Below are positions 51,760 through 64,000 of a DNA stretch of 64,000 nucleotides, in pieces. Position 1 is the stretch's first letter; each line of letters begins with the position of its first letter. Origin of the DNA: Octopus vulgaris (lineage: Eukaryota). The position numbers and the translations under genes were made by a program. Below the pieces are notes generated by a model. That model was not told the origin of the DNA. It did no database searches and worked only from the letters and a program-made list of their open reading frames with translations. The DNA lies in the NCBI GenBank assembly GCA_951406725.2, contig OX597814.1, positions 68,014,001 through 68,078,000 of the forward strand. The letters run 5' to 3'.

Positions 51760-53128
51760 TGAAACGTCATAGCTTATTGTGCTGGGTATGATGGAAAGTG
51801 TCAGCTGCCCACAGCCAGCAGACTAAGGTGATACTTGTTTAGTGGTTATACTTCAAGGATCCTGCGAAAAATTCTTGCAGTTTCAAGCAATGCTGATTTT
51901 TGTAAATGTTCTACATTCACACTTGCACCAATATTTTCAGCCACATTGGAAGTTGAATGCAGATACTTCCAAGTGCACTAATTACTATTGATATCACGTC
52001 TACTCTCCCTATTGACCACAACCTTCGTATTTCCCACTTCAAATCGTCATAGTTGTTCATTTTTTCTTCTTTCACTTTGATCCAGTTGTCACCGGGGCAT
52101 GCTATGTCGATTATCATGCATGTTCTTTCGTTTTTATTAATCACAACAATGTCTGGTAGGGTGATCACACTGGACCAATGCATCCCACAAGACTTTGCAA
52201 TTCTCATTTTCGGTGACTCCTTCTGGAGTTTGCTCATACCGTGTCTTTGCTCTTTATCATAGCTTCTTTTGAATTCGCGTTGTGCCTATTTCGGGAATTC
52301 GCTAACGATGTACAATACAGATACAGGTCCCCTGCATCTATCTTGGCATTTACATTTTTTGCAAACTGACCGTACATTTTCTTTTCCTTCCATGCCTTTT
52401 CTTTTTTTTTCTGGTTCATTTCTTGTTTAAATTTTTCTTTAGTTACACAATTTTCATTGTGGATGACGCCGGCCTTCTTTGTGTATTTCAACAGTGGCTC
52501 CACGGCATTTTTTATATACCATCCTCGGCTGTTTTCCTCTGCTTCGATACAGCCCTGGAAAGTGATTAAACCTCTCCTACCCTTTTGTCTGGACACAAGT
52601 ACAACATATCGGTGCCACTCTTAGGGTGGAAGGCTTCGTGTGCTGTCAATATTTTTTCTGGTCTTGGTATCCATTTGCTACATTTCTCTCTTTTGCCATT
52701 TTATAATTCCCGTTCCATACCGACGTGATGCTACCGCCCATGTATTAACTTCTTCGATTTTATTCCATCCATTCTAGTATTGTTACTAAAACAGTGGACC
52801 ATGGAACTCACATGAATCTCATCTTTGCCATACTATTTCAAATCATCCATGAAGAGGAGGTGGCTGATGGTTTAGAATTTTTCCTTTAGTTGGTACCCCA
52901 GGTTTATTTTTCTAAGTACAAAGGTCAGGTGTATCATGGGTATCATGCAGAGAACAAAAAACAACAGAGATAGGCTATGACCCTGGAAAATCCCTCTTCT
53001 GATATTCAGGGTGCCCAAGCTTTTTCTGTAAGACGTCAGTTCAGTTTTCCATACCACCATATGCTGTCTTCAGGAAACACGTTACATTCCTCGTAATTCC
53101 AAACAGCTCTAAGCACTTGATGATCTAA
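51760..53128 (-). mobile_element. R4/Dong-clade LINE copy 2
   Basis: Motifs IRRGIFQGHSLS, PDIVVI..IIDIACPGD (RLE PD..D) and QKSALLETARI. Confidence 0.85.
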
Positions 53129-53195
53129 TTATCATTATCATCATCACCACCATCACCACCACCACCACCACCACCACCACCACCACCACCACCGC

Positions 53196-53249
<54 letters not shown>

Positions 53250-53870
53250 TATTCAGTAGTTTTATTCTTATAGCGTGCTTTCACTTCACTACCGAGCGCA
53301 GCTCTGTGTGCCTTGGGTATGTACTGTGATTTGTTGTGATGCTTTGATGGTTACTGTATTGAAAGTGTTTTGCGTAGGATGTGTGCAGTGCCCAGTAGTG
53401 CAATTTTCTGTATGTTATATGTGTTTGTAAGTCCTGGTGTTTTTGTTATGTATTTGTCCGAATATTTTTATCATACTTAATGCGCCTACTATGATAGGAA
53501 TTGTTTCTGTTTTCAGATTCCACATTCGAGTTACCTCTATTTCCAGGTCTTTGTATTTTGAAAGTTTCTCCATTTCTTTTGTCATCTGTTGGTATTGATA
53601 CATCAACTGGAAAGCATTTTTTCTTCATGATCTCTGACAACCATATCTGGCCTGTTGGCCTTAATTTCTCTATCTGTGTGTATTGGCCTATCTCAGAGTA
53701 TGGTTGCTTTCTCGTTTTCTGTGACCTTTTCTGGTGTGTGCCTATACCATCTTTTTTCTGTTGTTATTCCATAATGTTGGCATAGCTTCCAGTGTATGTA
53801 GGTCCCAACTCTGTCGTGTGTGTGAATACATTCCTTCTTAGCCAGGACTGGGTAGCCAGAGATAATATGA
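53250..53870 (-). mobile_element. R4/Dong-clade LINE copy 3 (RLE 3' end)
   Basis: Motifs ANRPD, DVSIP, EKLSKYKDLEIE..IPIIVGAL and QKIALLGTAHILRK. Confidence 0.85.
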
Positions 53871-53956
53871 TTTATTTTTCTTGATTCTTCTTCTTCTTCT
53901 TCTTCTTCTTCTTCTTCTTCTTCTTCTTCTTCTTCTTCTTCTTCTTCTTCTTCTTC

Positions 53957-53988
<32 letters not shown>

Positions 53989-53997
53989 CTTCTTCTT

Positions 53998-54028
<31 letters not shown>

Positions 54029-54046
54029 TTATTATTATTATTATTA

Positions 54047-54078
<32 letters not shown>

Positions 54079-55309
54079 GTGTGTGTATGCCTGCTTAATG
54101 GTCTTTCTTTGTCACACTCTTTCGTAATCTATATGTACTCAAATATGAATGTGTCCTACAGTTTCACTCTCTCTAAATACAAAATTCTGTTGTTTTCTTC
54201 TTGCTTCCACCCCCCACTGATCCTCGAAGGTGCTAGAAAATGAGGTAAATATACTCTTGTGTGAAAGACCGCTCTTTATTAGTTAATAATTAAGGGGAAA
54301 CTATGTATGATCAAAGAAATCAACCAAATCATATCACTACCATTTTAGCAGAATATATGAATACATGTATAATTGTATATTTTACTTTCTGGCTGCAATT
54401 TCAAACATAATATATATTATGCTGTCTTTGCATATACATAGATTAAATTGCATTTACACGCACCGATAAACTCAACTGTATGTTTGTGGGTGTACGTGAT
54501 AAACTCATATGTGTATGTTTGTGTGTGTACGTGAGTGATTGTGCGTGAGTGAATGTTTGTGTGAGCTCATGAGTATATGTGTGTGTGCGCGAGCACACGT
54601 GTGTGCTAGTACAAAAGATGTATATACGTTCATTTATGTATACATGAATTACATATTGTCACTTGATTTTTCCTCCTCCTTTGTCACATTGCATAATAGA
54701 CCTTTCTGAGTGCACATATGCAAAGTTAGAGAAAAATATGTACGTGTATATATATGAGTGTGTGTGTGTATACACACACATACACACAAACGCATATACA
54801 CACCCATATATATATACACACACGCATATACACTCACACAGTCACGCGCGCGCACACACACACACACATATATGAACCATTGTGTATTGTTTGTAAAATA
54901 TAGTGTCTTGAATAGCATAATAATGGACTATAATAACTGTTATAATTTAATACTCCATAGTCTGATATAAGATTTCGGAATACAAAAATTCCTTCTTCAG
55001 ATATCCCCAGAAATTGATCGAGTCACTGCTATAATCGGTTTTCCAACGGGGTTTTTTTCTAGAAGCGTCTCTGCAGTGGTCTCACGAAGCTCCTTCCGGA
55101 ATTCCTCGTGACAAGTGCGTGAGGGCAGCCATGTCTCAAAGCTCGTGTGTTCTGGTACATCTGTAGCGCTGCTTCTAAGTTATGCATTATATGTGCAGTT
55201 TCCTTCTTCTTCTTTTTTTTTAATAATACATTTAAAAAAAATAATACATGAGCATGTTATCAAAAATGAATATACACGCATCCAGATGCAAGGATGTGTG
55301 TAGAAGCAT

Positions 55310-55570
55310 ATACTGTTTTGTCTGGCGGGAATTATTGTCTTTTAGTACCTTATAATTTAACACACTCACCGGTAAAATTTCCACTTATTTCCTTCTTTAT
55401 TTTTCTAAAATTTTCGTTGCGTTTTGGAACGTCTTCAATAGTTTTTACTATTGAAAAGGTAACAAGAAGCAACGAAAATTTTGAGAACTAAAGTAGGAAA
55501 TAAGTGGAAATTTTACCGGTGAGTGTTAAATTATAAAGCACTAAAAGAGAACGACTCTCCCCAGACACAG

Positions 55571-55577
<7 letters not shown>
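55310..55577. repeat. Aged fold-back element with HHR-like motifs at its centre
   Basis: Arms ..CTCACCGGTAAAATTTCCACTTATTTCC.. and ..GGAAATAAGTGGAAATTTTACCGGTGAG..; minus 55405-55441 reads CTA-TTGAAGA-C-GTT..AAC-GAAA-A-TTT-TAG. Confidence 0.85.
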
Positions 55578-55624
<47 letters not shown>

Positions 55625-55654
55625 TTTTTTATAATTATGAGTATAATTATATGT

Positions 55655-55792
55655 TTCTTTATTACCCACAAGGGGCTAAACATAGAGGGGACAAACAAGG
55701 ACAGACAAACGAATTAAGTCGAAGTCATCGACCCCAGTGCGTAACTGGTACTTAATTTATCGACCCCGAAAGGATGAAAGGCAAAGTTGACA
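55655..55792 (-). mobile_element. SINE family A, 3' part
   Basis: Reverse-complement core TTTATCGACCCCGAAAGGATGAAAGGCAAAG. Confidence 0.8.
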
Positions 55793-56219
55793 TGCATGCA
55801 TGTATGCATGTATAACATAACAGATAAAACCGATTATCACCATTTCATTTCTGGAAGTCATTTCCATCTTAATTTGCTGTGAACCCCTCTAACCTCACGT
55901 TTTCTGCTTTTCTGCTCCCCGACTCTTTTATCACCAAGGGTTGATTTGCTAGTCAGGAACAAACATCATTCAAAGTGTCAATAACAATATTAATTTCATA
56001 GTTTCACCATCTCAATTACATCCACCCACATCTCTCACGCATATATGGCGCTTTTTGTTTTTTCTTTTTTTACTTAAAACAGTTTTCACTTGCATTTCTA
56101 TTTGTAGTCGTTGCTGCATACATTTTCTTCAGTTAGTATCTCACCCGATTACACACGAAGACGTCAACTTCAGCCCCTCTCACCATATCTCACATTCACA
56201 TACATTATCTCCTCTCCTC

Positions 56220-56313
<94 letters not shown>

Positions 56314-57839
56314 CCCTTCTCTCTGTTTTTCTCTCTGTCATACTGTCTTCTAATTCTTTCATTTATGAGCTACATTAAATGCGCATTGTAACTCTTATTA
56401 AATTAATTGAAGTTGCTTGCCTTACTACAACAGATATACCAGTACTCACTTTGCAGTTAAGTTATGATGTAACAGGGGACCATGAGAGTTTTTCCCCAGT
56501 CATAATCCCATATGAAAGCAAAATGGAGAAAGTTCACATCTACAAGACTGAAAATATAACAGTTTAACATTTGGGCAGAGAGAATCTGGCTTGCAAATGA
56601 AAGTCTTCGTTAGGTAGGTGCGACGGGGTTTGATCTCAGACACCGGCTCTCATTTTCTGAAAGAGAGACAGAGCTTTTAATGCAATGGCAGAAGCATCTG
56701 GGAAGAATTCCAATTCTGGTCAAGAAGGAATGAAAGGGGATTTCTGGAGGAATAATTTACCCTGGTCTTAACCGGAGTCTCTGAGTCAAATAGTTATAAT
56801 ACTCAACGTACCTTGGCTCTGATGCACCTTAATCATTCGGGGGTGTTGTAATGCAGACAGTATTACAGAACGTGACAGCCGAGGGGTATCCAAGAGTGAT
56901 GACCTGGATGCGGCCCAGTTGCCTTAGAATATAAGGACCGGAGAACAGAAGCACTTGCTTGGTGCTGGGTGAGTGGTTCTCAAGACCTGCTGCTCAGGTC
57001 TTGCTAATGTTTCTTACTACCCACCTAATCTATCTACCAATCTCGCTACCTAGTTACCTACCTTCCTAGAACCTACCTTCCGATATATATAATTAAACTT
57101 TGTTTTTAAATAAAATGGCATTGCATGTTGTATTATTCAGACTGTATAGAACGTCAATGCAAAACGCCTTAAAATGAGAATCGTATAAAGAGAAGATGAA
57201 CATTTCTCCTTTGCATTAGGAATAGCCTCCACAAATTTATGTAAATGCATTTTCCCTAATTGCATGAGGAAAGGCTTCGAAGAATTATTCAATGAACCTC
57301 TGTTTATGTTTCTGAATAAATAACTTATTCGTTACAATAAATTTTCGTGTGGAAACGCACACCTTGCTAATTTTCATATCGTTATATGTGTGAAGAATGT
57401 CATTATTGTATAAAAGCTCTTAAAGAGAGTTCTATATAGTATCATTTGATTTTCTTGCAAACGACAGCTGTTACTCACAAATGAGACATGTAGCATGACT
57501 TTGCTAACTGTTTTACGAGTTCATGTAGTTGCGAGCACGCACAAATCTTCTCTTGGTCCTTATAGCGAAGCATCCATCGTGTAATAAAAAACAATATTGT
57601 AAAACAACTCAAACCATGTATGTCTGTATGTCTGTCTATCCGTCCATCCGTCTGTCTGTCTGTCTGCCTGCCTGCCTACCTGTGTGTGTATGCCTGTATG
57701 TAAGTATGCCTGTATGTATGTTTGTATGTATGTATGTATGTGGTCATGCATGCCTGCTTGCATCAATGTGTATAGTATGTATGCATGTACGTACGTACGT
57801 ATATATGTATGCATGTATATGTCTATGTGTGTGCGTATG

Positions 57840-58665
57840 TTTTAACATTCTCTCCTTCGAAATAATCATCTTGCGCAGCAATACACCGGTCCCAGCATTC
57901 CTGCCAATTTTTGGAATCCGGCCTGGAAGTCGTTTTCCGTAAGTGAGTCGAGGACATTCTGCGATTTGCACTGAATCTCGACAACGGTGTTAAAACGGTG
58001 ACATTTGAGTTGCATTTTCCTCTTGGGGAAGAAATGGAAGTCTTCAGGTGCTAAATCTGTCGAACTGCGCGATACCATGCTGTTTTTGGCGAGTGAGGAA
58101 AGTTTGGTGACAGGGTGCATTGTCGTCGTGTAGAATCCAGTTTTTCGTGCTCTACATATCCGGTCGCATTCGCCGAATGTCCTCCTTCAAACGCTTCAAG
58201 ACGTTGCAGTATAACTCTCGATTGATGGTCTGGTTCTGAGGAAACAATTCTTGATACACAATACTACATTTCCGGGGGTGACGCTCGTGCCAGGTCTTCC
58301 AGATCGCTCATCGTCTTTCAGGGACGTTCGACTGCTTTTGAAGCACACGTGCCACTCGAAACATTGCGTACGACCCTTTGCCTCGTCAACATAAGCTTGC
58401 TGAAGCATGCTCAATGTCTCTGTAGCAGACTTCCCAACTTTAACGCAAAATTTCACGTTGGCTCTTTGTTCCTGTCAATGACAAAATCGCAAACTACAGC
58501 ATACATATAATACCAAAATTTCATCACTTGCAAAGTAAACACAGCGATGTCACTTAACACACTGCCTCATGAAGGTCATTGCTAGCTCTCACTGTGCACG
58601 CCACCGTGTGCATGCTTCCCAATTGGCGTGGCTGCAGAACTGATCTGGGAACTGGACTAGTTCTG
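57840..58665 (-). mobile_element. Internally deleted mariner
   Basis: Motifs EQRANVKFCVKVGKSATET, LKDDERSGRP, HDDNAP and DLAPEDFHFFPK. Confidence 0.85.
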
Positions 58666-59403
58666 TAGCCATATCGTAATATTGCAATGTTCGCAAATAA
58701 TGCTTGTTAATGAAATGATACTGCACGGAAATGGTTCTGAAGTATTTAATGATTTTCTTAGTTCATATAATTGATACTGATTTTAGGAAGATGTCCGTCT
58801 CCACAACGAAAACTCACTGTAATATAATAATATTTATTCAGAGAATAGAACATAAGTCATCTAATGCTTAATGCTTCCTAAGGATGATACCTCTGTGACC
58901 TAGGAAAATACTGCAAGATAAATACGAGGTGTATAATTTTTTTTGCTAAGAACGAATGTCCATCTTTTGTTTATATAATCTCTTTGCTCCATAGAGTTTA
59001 AATCATCTAAAATTTAAAGTCACTTTTATTTTAAAACAATTTTGTCAACATTTCATCAATTTTCTAATCCTGAAAATGAGCAAAATATTCAACTTTTTTA
59101 CCCCATAATTTTCAACACATTTCCTTTCAACAGTGCCATGTTCTCTTGGATTGAAGATGAATATTATACATGATGTTAAGGCTGGTTTTTACATTTCTTT
59201 TTACTTTTACATTTTGCCAATAATAAATGTACATTTTCGAGATGCAATCAATGTTTAACTCGGAATGAAAATTAGTGTAATTTCAGTATAGATATTATTT
59301 TGTGATAACCAGTTCTAGAAATTAACGTTTAATAATTGATTTATTTAATTTATTCAATTGTTATTTAATGACAGTTTCCATTTAATACTGTGATAACCAT
59401 GTA

Positions 59404-60688
59404 TCAGGTCATCCCACAAGTTCTGTCCGATTTTACCTTTTTTTAAATTAAATGAAGTTTAATAGTATTTTAGAATGCCTAATGGTATTAAAAGTTATTT
59501 TTATGCATTTGTGTACATTTAAACTAATTAAATATTATTTTACAAAATAATAGAATTAAATTTTCTTTGATTAAAACCTTTTCTAACATGGAAGTACCCA
59601 AAGAGCATTTTAAGCACATAATACTTTATGAGTACAAACAAAGGAAACTCTGCAGCCGAAGCGACTCGAAACATACACTCAGTTTATGGGAAAGAATGCT
59701 TGAATGAAAGAACTTGCAGAAGATGGTTTGCAAAATTCAGAAGTGGAGATTTCAGCCTTGAAGATGAAGATCGAACAGAACATCCAGTTGAGTTTGACGA
59801 TAAGCTCTTTGAGGCATTACTTGAAGAAAATCCTGCATTATCAGTTGAAGAATTGGCAATAAAGCTTAGTTTAAACCATATAACCGTTCATCGTCATGTT
59901 CAATAACTTGGAAAGGTTCCTAAACTTGAAAAATGGGTGCCTCATGAATTGCCCGAAAGCAACCGAAAATCCCAAGTTAACATCTGCTCTTCTCTCCATT
60001 CACGTGAACTCATTTCACCCTTTTCGGATAGCCTTATGAATGGGGACGAAAATGGATCTTCTATCGAAATGTTGAAAGTCATAAACAGTGGATTTGTAAA
60101 AGGGATTAAGTTCAACCACAACCGTGAAGGGAACTTCATGGGAAAAAGGTTCTTCTCTGTATCTGGTTGGATTGCAAGGGAGTAATTCACTTTGAATTAT
60201 TACCACCTAATGCAACAATCAATGCTCGAGTCTACTATCAGCAATTAATGCGTTTGAACCAAGCGTTGAAGAAAAAAGACCCGCTTTAGTGAATCGAAAA
60301 GGATTAATGTTTGATCAGGACAATGCGCGAGCCCACACTGCAAAGTCACATCGCAGAAGATTGAAGAGCTTAGTTGGGAAAAAAATTCCTCATCCACCTT
60401 ATTCTCCCGACCTTGCTCCTTCAGACTACCATTTGTTTCGTAGGTTACAGAATTATTTGTGGGGACATAACTTTCGCAATCCAGGAGGCGGTCAAAAATG
60501 ACATTTGAGAGTTCTTCGCTTTGAAACCAAAAGAGTTTTACACTGATGAAATTAAATAGCTGGTAAATAGATGGAAGGAAATCATAGATAATCAGGGAAA
60601 GTAGTTTGATGATTAAATTTCAATTAAATATAACTTTTGATCACTTGTTTTCTTTATTCAAAATTCGGAGAGAGCTTATGGGAACTTA
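59404..60688 (+). mobile_element. Mariner (cecropia/Hsmar1-like) with pseudogenised transposase
   Basis: Motifs GNSAAEATRNI, WFAKFRSGDFSLED, WVPHEL, GDE, QDNARAH and HPPYSPDLAPSDYHLF; imperfect TIRs. Confidence 0.9.
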
Positions 60689-61399
60689 TTTTCAAGCAAA
60701 CTCATAAAACTTCTAGTTTCGAGTGGTGTAATGAATTTAATCGAAAATGTTTGAGTGGTATTTATCGATAAATACCAACGTAAAATTCAATACCGGCTAC
60801 ATTTGAACAAAGTAGATAAAGGCACTTAACTGTCAATGTATTTTGTATGTTGTTTAACCTCGACTAAGACCTGATCAAAGCATTTCAACTAAATATATGT
60901 AATATCAAATTTTTAATGTGTAAACTTGCAGGCAGTTAGTCTTTTCATTGAAATTGAAAATAAACAGCTTATTGTGTATTTTACTTTAAACTTTTAAAGT
61001 AAAAGTTTAAAAAAGTAAAAAGGAATTAATTATTTTAGTTTTAAAATTCTGACTTCAGAAGCAATATTTTAAGTCTTTTTATTTTCTTCCTACCCTGTAC
61101 TTTTCTTAGCTTAATAACTGCTTGTTCTGTACTGTTCAGGTTCAATACTTGAGAATATTCTAGAATTCTGCGCCCTCATTTTTCATCATAACGTGCTCAG
61201 CGTATGTATGTATGTATGTATGTATGTATGTATGTATGTATGTATGTATGTATGTATGTATGTATGTATGTATGTATGTATGCATGCATTTGCTATGTAT
61301 GTATGTATGTATATATATATATATATATATTTCATCATTAGAGATAGGGTAGATAGACATGTCATTGTTGTACATGTTCTCTGCCTGGTCGACAATCTT

Positions 61400-61780
61400 T
61401 CCTCAGTTGATTATCATGTGTGAGAATTTTTCTTCCGTAACTCCACACTTATATCTTATGAAAATGTTGTGATTATTTCTAATTGTCTCTTGATATTGAT
61501 TATATTACCAGAATATAACTTTAGGTCATCAACAAAAAGTGTGTGGATGACATTAATTTTCTTCTTTTCCGCATATCCCAGCACGAAGCCTTGTCATTTT
61601 GTTAACAGGGATGACAAAGGATTCACTGTCAGTAAAAACAACATTACAGATAAACTATCACCCTGGAATATTCTGTTTGTAACAATAGCTGTTGATTTAG
61701 TAGTTGTCATAACTGTGTGACCTTATTGTGGTCAGTCTTTCAATGGCATTCACTGTAGCAGCCGATTCTTTGGCAAGGTA
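61400..61780 (-). pseudogene. R4/Dong-type RT remnant
   Basis: Motifs RIFQGDSLS and IHTLFVDDLKLY. Confidence 0.6.
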
Positions 61781-61849
61781 TATACCTTTATATATAAGCA
61801 CGAACGTGCACACATATGTATATGTTTGTATCTCAGTAGTTATTTGTAT

Positions 61850-61960
61850 AAATCGGCGTGTATTATCTGAAGAATTCCTCTCATAATATGAAGATGTTAC
61901 TTCTTGACAATGTCTCTGCTCACCCTAACTTAGTAGAGATTACAATTAAATTTCATTGTG
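61850..61960 (+). pseudogene. pogo/Tigger DDE transposase remnant
   Basis: MLLLDNVSAHP resembles LLLDNAPAHP. Confidence 0.4.
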
Positions 61961-62663
61961 TTACGTCTGCACTTTTTAACTTTGCAAATGTTTGGAAGAA
62001 GGTCAAGATCAAGTCTTTGACTAATGGTTGAAAAAGCTTTTGGTTAATATCGAAGCTGAATTGGATTTGAAAAGATCTGAGAAAAATGACTTTCAGAACA
62101 CAATAGTAAATGCTAGCACCTAGGGAAAAAGTGAAGGTGATTTTCAAGAACAGATTGAAATTGGTGAAGGTTAGCTTAGCTTGCAATTCCTCACTGAAGA
62201 AGGAATTGCAGATAAGTAGGGTAATCAAAGGTATTGAGATAGCGGAAGTTACAGAAGCACGGCCAGCACTTGTCTGAAAAATGGAAGCTTAAGAACATTG
62301 TCATCCATTATATAAGAATATATTCAGGCCTTGACATTTTCTCTCACTGTGAATATTTTCGATAATTCCGATCAACCACAATAAAGTCAAAGCACCAGAG
62401 TAGCAAACAACTGAACTAAGCCGCTTTCTTTTCGCTAAAATGATTCTCTTTTATTTCGCTTTCACCAGCTTACAAACAGACGATATCACCATTTACGCAC
62501 ATTTCAGAAAATATGTTAAGGTGGCAGATCCCGATTCACCTCTACGTTCAGATACTGAATAAAAACTACTACAATGCTAATGTTTACGGCAAAATAACTT
62601 TCCATGTTATTAAGAAAAGGATATACAAGCGTTTAATATATTTTTACACTAGATGTTGTATAA

Positions 62664-62792
62664 GCGCAGCAGTGGCTGTGTGGTGGGTGGCTTGCTTGCC
62701 AACCACATGTTTTCAGGTTCAGTGCCACTGCGTCTTGTGGGTGGATTTGGTAGACAGAAACTGAAAGAAGCCCGCCGTATATATATATATAA

Positions 62793-62835
<43 letters not shown>

Positions 62836-63038
62836 TGTCTGTGTTTGTCCCCCCAACATCGCTTGATAACCGATGCTGGGTGTGTTTACGTCCCCGTAAC
62901 TTAACGGTTCAGCAAAAGAGACCAATAGAATAATTACTAGGCTTACAAAGAATAAGTCCTGGAGTCGATTTGCTCGACTAAAGGCGGTGTTGAAGCATGG
63001 CCGCAGTCAAATGGCTGAAACAACTAAAAGAATAAAAG
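62664..63038 (+). mobile_element. SINE family B, near full-length
   Basis: Matches the 17099 copy with an internal deletion. Confidence 0.85.
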
Positions 63039-64000
63039 ACTAGAGTTTATTGTAATGGAGCTTGTTTTACACTTAGAACAATGGAAAATAACACCGTGAT
63101 TGTTATCCATACAACAGAATTTCAGCATTAATAGAAACATCCCCTTATTTATTCATTTACGTTTACTTTAACAGAGTGACCTCCTCCCTGCAACACCGTC
63201 GTTAAATGAAGACTATTTGTGTGTGCATTTTGCGTGTGTGAGTGTGTGCGCGCGCATATATGGGTGTGTATATCTATATATATGTACAAGATGATATTGT
63301 TGAATAACTTGGAAAAACAACAAAAACATTTAGTAACGTTAGTATTCCATTCAATTAGTAGAGGAAAATTTATAGATTCTTTTCAGTTGATTGGTGGAAC
63401 AAGCAGTTGAGACAAAACTTGAAGTCTCAGTCAACTCAAAGTTTTATACACTCATATATATATATGTATATATACCAATTAAGGACTGCACATGAAAAGT
63501 TGACAGTCAACATGCTAGATATAGACGTCAAATCGCCATTCTCCACAAAAAGTTTATGTTCTCAGATCAAACTCATCAAAACCAAAGCAATAAACAAGTG
63601 AAAAATATACGAAATAAATATTTACCCATGTACTAAATTTAGTTTCAGCTGTTATTTTCCGCAAGGAAAAGTGCAGCATCATCAGCATGGTCCCATATAA
63701 AATGTAATTTGCTGGACTAAATGCCAACACGACACCAAAATATCGCGTGCATGGAGTCCGGCCTCTTACATTTGAAATATATATTTCAAATGCCTTTACT
63801 TTGGCGCGATGAGACCCGAGAAAACTAGCCTGCAGCTAATAGTTAGCAGCAGTTAATTTATCGGTTAGAGAACAAATATTTATAAAATTAAATTTAGGGT
63901 AAAAATTGATATTTATCAATTAGAACCAGTGGTCTAGCATATTAAAGAAAGAATCCGAAGATTAAAATATTTATATATACCAATTAAGGACTGCACTCGA

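Noticed and set aside
53838-54243. Poly-Arg and poly-Leu ORFs (protamine-like appearance); poly-Tyr at 50013-50092
   Set aside because: Pure (TTC)n, (TTA)n and (TAC)n tracts at or within R4/Dong elements.
55020-55200. GC-richer island with short open frames
   Set aside because: No motif or convincing splice pair; likely an old TE fragment that cannot be assigned.
56570-57010. Possible LINE C-terminal remnant on the minus strand
   Set aside because: Only a faint WNS-type motif, too degenerate to classify.

Overview
This is AT-rich, microsatellite-saturated eukaryotic DNA, not prokaryotic. The abundant tRNA-derived SINEs, zinc-finger RTE LINEs and (TA)/(CA)/(TCTA) tracts point to a cephalopod, most likely Octopus (inferred from repeat families, not database-checked). 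No intact host protein-coding gene is visible, and most ORFs in the track are microsatellite artefacts. The window is packed with decayed and nested transposable elements: RTE, CR1, Tx1, R4/Dong and CRE non-LTR retrotransposons, Penelope-like elements (PLEs), mariners, Helitron and MITE termini, and three SINE families. The main unexpected signal is a set of about ten minimal type I hammerhead ribozyme (HHR) motifs. They sit in short PLE-derived elements inserted in (TA)n tracts, several of which are long fold-back palindromes with an HHR on each strand. The motifs include natural core variants: a compensatory A3-U8 pair, U3, and A6U. Each retroelement class also appears to occupy its own microsatellite type. 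Two possible minus-strand micro-exons and a YY1-type promoter motif hint weakly at a host transcript. All structures were read by eye, TE boundaries are approximate, and literature is cited from memory.
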